Below are positions 1 through 10,649 of a stretch of DNA of 64,000 nt, piece after piece (within the stretch, counting starts at the first letter, position 1; the number at the start of each line of letters is the position of its first letter). Below the pieces are notes generated by a model that had not been told where the DNA came from, made no database searches, and saw only the letters and a list, made by a program, of their open reading frames with translations. The stretch is taken from positions 372,001 through 436,000 of the forward strand of contig BROI01000015.1 of the NCBI GenBank assembly GCA_027923505.1, in the 5' to 3' direction. Source of the DNA: Mayamaea pseudoterrestris (Eukaryota). Position numbers and translations under genes: made by a program.

Positions 1-62
1 ACTTTGATGATGTCGTACCACGAATCCAAAGTTATCGTAGCGGTACTTACAGTGCTGGACAG

Positions 63-364
63 AGTCGAAACAATTAAGGTTCAGGCCCTGCCAGTGTCCG
101 TTTGTTTCGGTTGATCCTCATGGCTGGATATCTGTTAATATCCAGTATCTGTGAATACTCAAGTTACTTAAGCTACAGAAGCAAGCCGACGTTACCAACA
201 CGTCGGCAACGGTCCCCTTAAAGTAGCGGTAACAACTAAATCAAATCATTCTATTGCAAAGTACACGCAATCGTCTCGTTCCCCTTCTTCTTACCAAGCT
301 AGTAGACTGATCATCTCCTACTTGACCAAGTCCTCAAGGTAACTCGACACAAGTTGCATTGATA
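63..364 (+). repeat. 5' LTR (302 bp)
   Basis: Identical to 6818-7119 on manual base-by-base comparison; starts AGTCG and ends GATA. Confidence 0.95.
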
Positions 365-377
365 GGTTATTCGTCCC
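365..377 (+). other. Putative primer-binding site (GGTTATTCGTCCC)
   Basis: Lies immediately 3' of the 5' LTR. Starts GGTTAT like the GGTTATGGGCCC half-tRNAiMet PBS of copia-type elements, but the match is only partial. Confidence 0.45.
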
Positions 378-433
378 AATCACGCGCCCTACTGCCGCTA
401 CAAAATCTCGTTCTAGACCCCGAGAAAAGCATC

Positions 434-2088
434 ATGTCTACCGACAACAACGACACGGAGCAGTTCTTCGACACTCCTCCTCCTAAACCCCGAGCTGGCT
501 CTCCAACATCTGCTGCAGCTGATCTTGCCACGCTCATTACAGCTCTCAAGTCGATTCCATCCGACCAGCTTAAGATCCTCCTCCAAGCCGTCCAACCGAC
601 CGACGCGTCGTCGCCTGGAGACACTCCTCCCAAGGATGAAACCTCTATTCCAACGGCCAACGAATATGTTTCCCTCATTGGTGGTTACCTCGATGCCGAG
701 CGCAAGATTGCCTTCTGTGGAGGCAAACCGAATCTTGACTACACGCTCCCCCAAGTGCTCGAGGACGACCCGCTCGCCAAGCACATCCCCAAGACGCCAG
801 CTTGCCACCGCGATCTCACCATGAAGCGTGCTGCTCAAGACTACGCCATTCGCATTGCTTTCAAGCCTTCAATTGGCAAGTTAGAGAAGGCCATGCCGAT
901 GTTCGCGTGGGGCGAGCTCATCCTTCGTGCGCTTGAAACGACTGGCGGCGATTCTGTCACTTACTCGCTGTCGAGAGACAACAAGACGCGCGTTAGTGTT
1001 TGTACCAACTTTGATGTACTCACGCTCGCTCACGTTATCGCTCAAAGCAAGAAGGATGTCGCCAATTGGCGCCCGATGGACCACGAGAACAGCTCGATGG
1101 CGATCGAGTTCGTGTTGAATCACTTGAGCACGGCGATCCAACAGATTGTCGAGCCTCGCCGAAAGGAAGATGACACCTTCGCTATCTTCTTTATGCGCAT
1201 CGCTCAAGCCAACGCTGATCTCTCATACGAGGCTGCCGACAAGATGAAGGCCGAGCTCCGTGCTTACAAATTGACCGACGTTTCCTTCCAAGACGTTCAC
1301 CATTTTGGTGCCAAGTTCCTCAACACTGAGCGCCAGCTTCACAATGGCAAGCGCTGGGACCATTCCCTTGGATTAATCTTCATTAGAGAGCTCTCCAAAT
1401 GTCCATCGGAAGTTATGCGTGTTACGTTCATTGGCATTGGAGAACGGTACGACACTGCTCTTCGTGAAATCAATCCCCTCTCCTACGACGAGCAGCGCTC
1501 TCGCATGTTCAGTTTAAACGTTCATATCTCCCAGTTAGTTGAATGCGCTGACAATCTTTACGCTCAAATCAAAGCAGTTGATGGAGGATGGCCTCCGCTT
1601 GTCAATATTGTCGACAAGAAAGCGCCCGATATCAACTCGTTGACAAAACTCAGCCACGCCGAGCAAGCTGCTCTCATCTCAAGCGGCCAAGTTGACATCA
1701 ACAATCTCGTTCAATCCAAGGTCAAAGAGCTTCGCACAAAGGACAAGAAGCAGTTGGAAGCTTACAAGAAGCGCTTCGCCAAGCAGTCGCCAAATGGCGA
1801 CACCAACCCGCGCAATCCTTCTGGCGATTCCACCAAGACCCCGACGAAAAGCGAGCTGAACGCCCTTTACCAGCATGGCGCACAAAGCCGCCTGCTGCCA
1901 AACAATAAAGGCAAAAAGTCAAGTACAAGTTCCAATGGTGCGACAAGTGCTCCAAGTGGGTGTGGAATCATACGTCTGCAACTCACAAATCCAAGTCGCC
2001 CGAGGCAAACAACTTCATTCTTGCCGACTCCTCCAACGTGTTTGAAGAATTCACCAACTACGCTCCCTTCGCTGACCGTCAGGAATGA
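434..2088 (+). CDS. gag: Copia gag (frameshifted near 1870-1920)
   Basis: Long ORF from ATG 434. After small indels the frame reads PAWRTKPP, then KFQWCDKCSKWVWNHTSATH (Cx2Cx6Hx4H knuckle), then an acidic tail ending ...DRQE-TGA at 2086-2088. Confidence 0.8.
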
Positions 2089-5000
2089 CTTGAATGCGGA
2101 AGGACGCCGCCTCTTCTTCTCTTTGTTCAAGCGTTTTGTTTCAAGACTGCCTTCGCCCGGTTCATCCTCAAGCCCGTTGCCGCCATGCTCCTCTTGGCTG
2201 CTCTGAGTATGCTTCCTACCGTCCTACCGGCCGTCCTTGAATCAGTTTGCGCTTGCGCATTGAGTGGACTTGCGCTCAATCAATGGTTCTGGTCTTCAAC
2301 TCTCACCAACGCCTCTACGTTTGCTTGCAATGCGCTCAATCTTTCGCGCGCCATCTGGTCTTCAACTCTCACCAACGCCTCTACGTTTGCTTGCAATGCG
2401 CTCAATCTTTCGCGCGCCACGCTCGCTCTTCCAACGTTTCTCCGCTGGTTTTGGTTTGAGTTACTCACGACAACGCTCGAGAGGGAGATGATGTTGCTGT
2501 GGATGTCAGTTATCCTCGAAGCATTAGCTCTTTCCTGTCACCTTTCTCCGAGTCGCCCGCAACCAACTAGAGACAAGCTCCGTCAAAAACAAAAACACTA
2601 CGACAAACGCAAGAACTCTACTGACGAACGTCAACTTTCCGTCCAATCAAAACGCCGCATTCGCCAACAGAAACGATTGAAAAGAACGCTCCGTGTCCCA
2701 CTCATCTATAGCTATCACCGTTCCTATCCAACAAGATTGCGCAGCGACGGCATCTATCGTCAAAGAGTCCATTGCCCGCGTTTCGAAACCCTTCCAGAAG
2801 CCAAGGCTGTGCCCATTGAAGTCATTAAGGGTACAAGGGCTTGTTTACTACTCCCGTCGAGTCCAAGGAATGCCGATGGATCGACAATCCCATCTCCCAA
2901 TTTAATTCCCTCATCGAGTACCCTGGCCTCATGGATTACCTTGGCGCGCTCGCTCCTCTCGAGTTCAACAACATTACCTTCCAAGCAGACTCTTCAGTCA
3001 ATGACTTTGCATTCTCTCCAAGCAATGCTGCTCGATCCTCCACGTTCGAAATCATTCACGACAGCGGCGCGTCTGCAACCGTCGCCAATCACTTGGATGA
3101 CTTCGTCCCTGGTACTTACCGCAAGAGCACAAAGAAGATCATTGCAAAGGGCCTCGCATCTGGTTTACAAGTGGTCGGCCATGGTATAATCGACTGGACG
3201 CTTGATGGCAACGATGGCAAGCCTCTACGAGTCCGTTGTCAAGCTCTCTACATTCCCGACAGTCCGCGCAAGTTACTGTGCCCTCAACAGTACATGCGAT
3301 ACCACAAGCTACACGATCGCGAGGCGAATTTAACGTTTGCTATTAATGGAGAAGGATTCTGGTACTTTGATCTACACAAACAAGGATGCCCGTCCCTTCT
3401 TCACGGCTCGCTCGATCCAGTCACCAACCTACCGACTTCTACAGCCATCCAGATTGCAACTCCAGATCCGACTTCATGCTGAGTTTAATGCATGTGTAAC
3501 AGACGCTCGAAACGCCAACTTGTCGCCCGCTCAAAAGCTCCTTCTTCAATGGCATTTCAAGTGCGGCCACGCCAGCTTCCGCAGCATGCAAAACCTCCTT
3601 CGCTCTGGATGACTGGCAACGAGCGATGGGGCAAACTCCAAAACGCTGCGCTGCGTGCCGTCGAGATACCCAAATGTGTGGCTCGCCGGAGTTCGAAAAC
3701 ATCGACCAACGGCCGCCTCGAAACCTCGAGCCGACGGATCGCTCAAACAAGGAAAGCTTCGCCCAGGACAACAAGTCTCCGTTGATCATTACATCTGCAG
3801 TCAAAAGGGACGCCTCTATACGTCTCGCGGCAAAACGTCGACCGACTCAATGTTTAGCATTGGCGGCCTCTTTGTCGACCACGCGAGTGGATACGTCTTC
3901 GTCGACCACCAAGTTGTTATGAACACGCATGAAACCCTTCGCTCCAAGTGGAACTTTGAAAAGTTTGCAAGAGACTGCGGCGTTTCAATTGAAAGCTACT
4001 TGTCTGATAACGCTGCTTGTTTCACCAGTCACGAGTACACTGAGCATCTTTCCAAGTTCAAACAGACGACCATCTTTGCAGGCGTCGGCGCGCATCATCA
4101 AAATGGCATTGCAGAACGAAACATTCAAACCATTATGAACATGGCAAGGACAATGCTTATCCACGCTAATATGCATTGGACTGACGTTGATGATATGTTG
4201 CTCTGGCCGATGGCTGTCGACTACGCAGTTTACATCTTCAATCGAATGCCAAACGTCGCCACTGGCCAAGCTCCCATTGATATCTTCACTGGTACCATCT
4301 GGGCAAGTCACAAGTTCCATCATCTCCACGTTTTTGGATCGCCCGCCTACGTTCTTGATCCTCGCATGCAAGACGGCAAGTCCATTCCTCGTTGGAAAGT
4401 GCGCTCGCGCCGCGGGATCTTCGTCGGCTTCTCCAGCAAGCACTCGGCTACAGTTCCTCTTGTCCTCAACTTGAATACATTAACCATCAGTCCTCAGTAT
4501 CACGTTACGCATGACGATTGGTTTACTACAGTTGACGCTCTTCCTGATTCGCCTCCAAATTTTACGGACGACAGATGGACGAGTCTCTTTGCGACAAGCA
4601 AGTACATCTATCCGTTTGACAACGATGACCCCCTTCCTGCTCTCAATCCTGAGTGGGAGGACAACTTTGATGCCTCAGCTGCTCGCCAAGATGCTATACA
4701 TGCAGCACAGACTCCTTCTACTGCACCAGTTTTACCTGCTCCCGCCGCTCCGCCAGCGGTTGCTCCAGTTCCTTCCAATGATTCTCCACCCATCACAGGC
4801 GCTCCGCCTCCGAATCAGAGGGAGACAAGGCCTCCTGAAATTCATTCGCCTCAAGAAACTACAGAACCACAGCTTCAGAGGGAGCAGAGGGAGCATTTAG
4901 ATCACATTGATGGCAATCCCTTGCGCTCGTCCGCACCAACACTGCGTGTCGCAGCCGATGTCACAGTCAATCCCAGTCCACCAAACGCATCAAACGAGTC

Positions 5001-6759
5001 CACGATCCCGACAACAGCTCCCACGCTCGCACAACAACAACAACAAGCAAGTGATCCTCCTTTACGTCGCTCTGCACGTTTACGCGATCGTCCTCCTGAG
5101 CCAGTTATTACTCAAGCTCAGCGTCTTCGGCATGCTCGCGACGAAATGATTGAAACCAATATGCTGTTAGCAGAGCATGTGCACGCGGAATACCCTTACT
5201 CAATCGGTTTAACGCAAGTGCTCCTCGCCTCGACGAACGATCCCGACACCCTTCGCTACGATGAAGCAATGCGCGCTGATGACTCTGAAGAGTTCAGGAA
5301 AGCTGCATGTATAGAGATCAAGTCGCTCGAAGACCATGGAACATGAGTTGTCACCAAGGACCGAGGTTCCTCAAGAGCAAAGCCATACCCGGCACGTGGA
5401 CCTTTCGCCGCAAGCGAACGCCCAGCGAACAAGGCTCGCTTCTGCGTTCGAGGAGACCTACAGAAGGACGTATTCGAAACGTTTGCCCCAGTCGTTCAAT
5501 GGAGCACCGTTCGTGTCCTCATGGTATTCGCCTTGACGTTTGGATACAAAACCAAGTGCATTGATTTCACCAACGCTTTCGTTCAGGCAGATCTAAAGGA
5601 CCCAATCTACATTCAATTCTCTCGCGGCTTTCAACACAAAGACGGTCATCAATCAAGCGATTACTGTTTAAAGTTGCTCAAGTCGTGCTACGGAACGAAG
5701 ATCGCTCCAAAGCTCTTCTACGAACACTTACGCGACCGACTCGTCGAACTCGGATTTACTCAAAGCTTCTTCGATCCCTGTCTCTTCTACCGCAGTGGAC
5801 AAATCATCGCCTGTTACGTTGACGACTGCATCTGCGTCGCCCGTACCGACAAGGAGCTACAGACTATCATCGACGACCTTCGCTCCAAGTTCACGCTCAC
5901 CGAAGAAGGCGATCTAAGCCAGTATCTAGGCATTGATATCAAGCGCTCTGGAAAGTCTTTCACGCTCACTCAAACGGGCTTGATCGATAGCATCATTCAA
6001 GCTACTGGAATGGAGGCTGCTAACGGAGTCTTCACGCCCGCCAACGACACGCTCGGCAAGAACGCCGACTTACCTGATCATCAAGAGAGCTGGAGCTACA
6101 ACTCGCTAATCGGCAAGCTTCTTTATCTTGCTGGTAATTCGCGCCCTGATATTGCCTTCGCTGTTAATCAATGCGCAAGATTCAATCACTGTCCTAAAAA
6201 GCCACACTTTGACGCCGTTAAACGCATCGTCCGCTATCTCATCAAGACTCGCGAACAAGGACTCATCATGACGCGCCCGAGAAACCTTACGTTGGCCTGT
6301 TCGTTGATGCCGACTTTGCTTGGTTTATATGGAAAGGAAGAAGAACGGTCGAGCGCGTCCGTACCTTATTACTCGGTGGCCGCTGCCCGTCTTTTGGCAA
6401 AGCAAGCTACAAACCGAAATTGCTCTATCTACAATGGAATCCGAGTACGTTGCCCTCTCCTTCAAGCCAAGTCCGTCCACGTCATTCAAGGAAGCGAAAA
6501 GTGAAGCAGACGCGATCGACAGTGCGGACGTCCTGGTAACGAAGATAACGCAGGCTGCCTTGCGCTCGCCAATGCCCCTCATCTTACGCCTCGCTCTCGC
6601 CATTACGCTACTAAGTATCACCACTTTAAGCACCACGTAAAGCAGGGCACGATCAAAGTCGTTAAGATTGACACCAAGGAGCAACGAGCGGATATCTTTA
6701 CAAAGGCGCTGCCCCAAGTCACATTCGAGCACCTCCGCCGTCTCCTTATGGGATGGTAA
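2089..6759 (+). pseudogene. pol: Copia pol (hydrophobic leader, protease, integrase, RT, RNase H), broken by indels and stops in this sequence
   Basis: Motifs IIHDSGAS (~3050), LLQWHFKCGH (~3540), the integrase core (3770-4500), KARFCVRGDLQ (~5430), YVDD (~5815), WQSKLQTEIALSTMESEY and ADIFTKAL...LMGW-TAA (6759) fall in several frames. In-frame TGAs at 3610 and 5344. Confidence 0.9.
2288..2419 (+). repeat. Perfect 2 x 66-bp tandem duplication inside the retrotransposon
   Basis: The unit TCTGGTCTTC...CGCGCGCCA starts at 2288 and again at 2354; it encodes WSSTLTNASTFACNALNLSRA twice in frame. Confidence 0.95.
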
Positions 6760-6808
6760 AGTTGCTCATCTTCTCTGTTATTTGTCTCTATGTCTATAAC
6801 AACGATCC

Positions 6809-6817
6809 AAGAGGGAG
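6809..6817 (+). other. Polypurine tract
   Basis: AAGAGGGAG directly abuts the 3' LTR. Confidence 0.8.
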
Positions 6818-7119
6818 AGTCGAAACAATTAAGGTTCAGGCCCTGCCAGTGTCCGTTTGTTTCGGTTGATCCTCATGGCTGGATATCTGTTAATATCCAG
6901 TATCTGTGAATACTCAAGTTACTTAAGCTACAGAAGCAAGCCGACGTTACCAACACGTCGGCAACGGTCCCCTTAAAGTAGCGGTAACAACTAAATCAAA
7001 TCATTCTATTGCAAAGTACACGCAATCGTCTCGTTCCCCTTCTTCTTACCAAGCTAGTAGACTGATCATCTCCTACTTGACCAAGTCCTCAAGGTAACTC
7101 GACACAAGTTGCATTGATA
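6818..7119 (+). repeat. 3' LTR (302 bp)
   Basis: Identical to 63-364 and followed by the target duplication GACAG. Confidence 0.95.
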
Positions 7120-7369
7120 GACAGTTACGTCGTAAGCTACTCGTGTCTATGGTGTTTTCAACTCCATTAGCTCCACAGGCAGACAAGAAAGCATAGAAAA
7201 CGACCATTCGGCTTCAGCAGTCTAGTAGAACTTTGTTTATGATGTATCTAAATATTTGTTTGTTAGTATGGCATACAGTATGCAATTTCTCGCGAAGACA
7301 ATCACGGGGTGCAGCCATCCGGCGACGTAGACAATCTCTAGCGGACAAGTTTGGCAACTGTTATACTGG

Positions 7370-9634
7370 TCATGTGTCGTCCAAATGATCCTTGCACAGA
7401 TAGTGAAGAAGCTTGGTTACCACCATCTTGACCGGGTTACCAATCATATGAAGACCATCGTCCTGTGTGGCAACCTCGTAGCTAAATGCTGCCGAAACAT
7501 CGAACCCGTTGATCATCTTCCAACCTTTCGGTACGAGTATCTCCTGCGTAAGCTTCGACAGCAAATCGGCATTTTCTACCGTCACGTAAGGCTCGCGCTC
7601 GCTTGTATAGTAGTAGCTCGTTAAGAAAAATCTTATTTCATCCGCACCAGCGACTGCACTCTTTGCCAACGCGTCACGCCATTGACTTGTATTCCAATGC
7701 CAAAGCACATGGGGCAGTCTCAGAGTGCTAAAGGCGACTTTCAATGGTTGGGTGTTGTTTGTGTCCACTAATTGTTCACCGTCGTTGGCGGAGGGTGGAA
7801 CGTAGAGTTTGATGTGCCGAAATCTCTGGTTCATGAATTGCTGCACAAAGCCTGAAATAGAAGCACCTTCCATAACATACGATCCTATGCGTCGATTATT
7901 TACGCACTGCTGCAACTGAGTGTCCGTCAGCTCCAAATAGTTGCAATTGTAGTTCTCCCACTTGCTGTAGTGCTCCGCTTCCTTTTTGATGGAGGACTGC
8001 CATGGAAAGTGGTGCTCCCTATGCGCGCAGTATTCGGTGCAGCGTAATCCAATAACTGTTATATTATCGCGAAACCAACAGGTTGGGTGATCAGGGTCCG
8101 ACTCCATGACATCAAACATGGTGATGTTTGGATCAGATTGCATAACATTTGGGCATGTCGCCGCATCAGGCCATGGGTAGCGTACCCATCGACCAGCGTC
8201 AGTCATGGTCGTGAATCGATCGCTTGGATATTCGTCGGTTAAGGAACAGAGACGCTTTGGTTCGTCGTTGCTTGGCTTGACGGCAGCTGCCAGCGGAGCC
8301 AGTGTGAACCGATTCGATGAATACACTGGAACGGAGTCGTCTAGCGATGCATCGAGACAAGGATACGTTTGTGTATGCCAGAAGCTCCATCCGCAGCCCA
8401 TGAAATAGGATGTTTCCACATCATGTCGCTTGCCATGAAACACATTTAGTTTTCCTCGATAGTAGTCAACCCCAGTCATGTTGCGAATGCTTCTAAAATG
8501 AGGATGTACTTTGGACTCATTGGCAGGTATGTGTACGTTTTCTGCCAAGCGTCGGCGCAAGCCTTGCGAAAGAGCTTTATGATCGGAACTATCGACTGGC
8601 TCGTCGAAAAACAGCTCACAACCTCCCCATCGTGGCAACAGGCCAGACGTAAGACTTAATGGCGGCGACACCCAGTACTTGCAAAGCGGTTCGCGGGAGC
8701 ATATTTCGCAGCAACTTTCCACCGGCGTATAGAATTTGAAACCAAGAAATCCAGTGCTGTAGGGAAAATCGTCCATTGGAGTGTCTAGGCTTTGCTGCGC
8801 CCCGCATAGATCCTTCACGGCGTCACCCTGCGGCGGTGCCTTGCCATTGTATAGCAGCAATCTCGCGTCGACTTCATATTCTCCAGCTACTAGCAACAAG
8901 AAGGGAAACTCCAAGTGACAGGATTGACCAGGAAAGATTTGCGAAGCGACCGCCACTGCCGACCCAGCAAAGATTTCCGGTCCATTGACGCGCACATAAA
9001 TGGTCCACTTTGCGCAGTCAGCTTGCGTCGTTTCAACTGTATTGAAAATGCGAACAACATTCCAACCAGGCGTATATGGTTGATCAGGCAATATAGCGGC
9101 AAAAATGACGGCATGTCGAGCGTATGCGTATCCCATGCCGCGCATGCGCCACGTATCTCTCACGTTGGACTCATCGAGCGCCCTGCCCTGCATTGTGTAG
9201 GTACCGGGAGTACTTTGGCGTGTGGCATTGCGGTAGGCATCTTGCCGTTGTATGAACAGTTCTCTCGCTTGTACTGTTGCTTGTCGAATGAGGCTGGGAT
9301 TGATCTTGACGGAAGGTGAAGTCGCCGAGGAAAATATTCTGCCAGTGCGTTCTTTGACGGCCCCAATCGGTGAATTTGCAGTGATACTCCAGTTGTTTGT
9401 CATCAAAAAGAGTAATGCAAGCAAAACCATTGTAGCTGCCATAAAATATCGATGTTTGGAAGGCGGCGGCAGAGAAAGAACTGCCTTTGCACCAGTTGGC
9501 ATGGAAGACGAAGGCGTTTGCAAGACTGGCATTTTCAGCAAAGTGTTGTTCGATAGGCAAGAGACTGCACTTCTCCTCGTGTTGTACACGAGTGAGTATA
9601 TACGATGGAAAGGTGTGTAATGATGCGATGGCAA
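7370..9634 (-). CDS. Type II membrane protein, NXPE/PC-esterase-like (Ig-like domain, Cys-rich insert, SGNH-like C-terminus); true start may be a downstream Met
   Basis: 754-aa ORF with an N-terminal TM (MAATMVLLALLFLM), a WENYNC..LQQCV..MEGAS block resembling the WxxxxC..C..GDS motif, and a C-terminal DDGLH (DxxH). Confidence 0.6.
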   Translation of the reverse strand: MPSHHYTPFHRIYSLVYNTRRSAVSCLSNNTLLKMPVLQTPSSSMPTGAKAVLSLPPPSKHRYFMAATMVLLALLFLMTNNWSITANSPIGAVKERTGRIFSSATSPSVKINPSLIRQATVQARELFIQRQDAYRNATRQSTPGTYTMQGRALDESNVRDTWRMRGMGYAYARHAVIFAAILPDQPYTPGWNVVRIFNTVETTQADCAKWTIYVRVNGPEIFAGSAVAVASQIFPGQSCHLEFPFLLLVAGEYEVDARLLLYNGKAPPQGDAVKDLCGAQQSLDTPMDDFPYSTGFLGFKFYTPVESCCEICSREPLCKYWVSPPLSLTSGLLPRWGGCELFFDEPVDSSDHKALSQGLRRRLAENVHIPANESKVHPHFRSIRNMTGVDYYRGKLNVFHGKRHDVETSYFMGCGWSFWHTQTYPCLDASLDDSVPVYSSNRFTLAPLAAAVKPSNDEPKRLCSLTDEYPSDRFTTMTDAGRWVRYPWPDAATCPNVMQSDPNITMFDVMESDPDHPTCWFRDNITVIGLRCTEYCAHREHHFPWQSSIKKEAEHYSKWENYNCNYLELTDTQLQQCVNNRRIGSYVMEGASISGFVQQFMNQRFRHIKLYVPPSANDGEQLVDTNNTQPLKVAFSTLRLPHVLWHWNTSQWRDALAKSAVAGADEIRFFLTSYYYTSEREPYVTVENADLLSKLTQEILVPKGWKMINGFDVSAAFSYEVATQDDGLHMIGNPVKMVVTKLLHYLCKDHLDDT

Positions 9635-9920
9635 GCAGAGAGGCGTGTTTGGTTAAATTGAACATTGAATCGATTGTTTGGGTTGGCTTCGATCAGTCAT
9701 TGGAACATGCAAAAATCAGTCATCGTCACCTAAAAAACGTCATTATATCGCACCGCCACTGAAACGTCCGCGATGCGACAGCCACACGATGCCACGAGGA
9801 ACAGCCGCGTCGATGAACGAACGCATCATCCGGCTTTTCGCTCTGGCAGCCTATCATACAATCGCATCTAAATCTAATCTTCGTTGTCTTTCCTTCTTCT
9901 CACGTCTACTCTCTATCAAA

Positions 9921-10649
9921 ATGGCTGTAAGTGCTTAGAAACCAGAGACAATTGAGGATATGTTACGCGAGGAAACCGATGTGAGATTCTTCAGGTTTTT
10001 GCCGACTTGAACCTCGACTTGTTGGCACGTCTGCTTCCACGCTCACTGCACGATTGGCAAGGGTCTCTCTTCTCTTCCATGGCTTGCGTAATTTGATGTT
10101 TCGTTTCAGTCATCTTGATGGACTTATAAATGCTAGCTCATTGTATTCATTCTCACCATCATACTTGAATGTTTCCTTCATGCACAGCGTTCTGCTCGTG
10201 GAGGTGGCGGTCGCAGTGTCAGCCGTCCGGCGCCTGCCCGCAAGCCTGCTCCTTCTCACTCGGTCCCTCAGACACGATCGGCGTCGTCTGTTCCCGCGCC
10301 CGCCCAAAGTAGCGGTGGTGGCATGATGTCAGGCATTGGAAGTACCATTGCCCAGGGAATGGCCTTTGGAACTGGATCGGCCATTGCTCATCGCGCTGTC
10401 GGCGCTGTTGCTGGTAGCTTTGGAGGCGGAACGGAAGCGGCCGCTGAGCAGCAGTTGCAGGCGCCCGAGTATGCGCAGGGAGCCATGGGACAGCCGCAGC
10501 AGCAGTTTGACTTTTCTGCGGGTGCGTGCGCGCAGGACAAGACCATGTTTTACGATTGTCTTCAATCGAACCGCGGCGATCAGCAGGCTTGCCAGTTTCT
10601 TTACGATCAGTTGAAGCAGTGCCAGATGAACGAGCCAAAGTTTGGATAA
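9921..10649 (+). CDS. CHCHD2: Mitochondrial CHCH-domain protein, CHCHD2/CHCHD10/Mix17 family; exons 9921-9926 and 10188-10649
   Basis: ATG GCT followed by a GTAAGT...GCACAG intron joins in frame to RSARGGGGR...GSTIAQGMAFGTGSAIAHRAV, with a C-terminal twin Cx9C motif. Confidence 0.9.

Larger units (their letters stand above)
63..7119 (+). mobile_element. Full-length Ty1/Copia LTR retrotransposon (diatom CoDi-like)
   Basis: Direct 302-bp LTRs at 63-364 and 6818-7119. GACAG is duplicated at 58-62 and 7120-7124, and a purine tract AAGAGGGAG precedes the 3' LTR. Domain order is gag, protease (IIHDSGAS), integrase (VSVD..SDN..QNGIAER), RT (YVDD), RNase H (ADIFTKAL), i.e. Copia order. Confidence 0.97.

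Noticed and set aside
3610..5346. In-frame TGA codons in pol as evidence of a UGA=Trp code or selenocysteine
   Set aside because: Host genes here end in TGA (e.g. at 7370, 12131), and the region has many other lesions; mutation or sequencing error is simpler.
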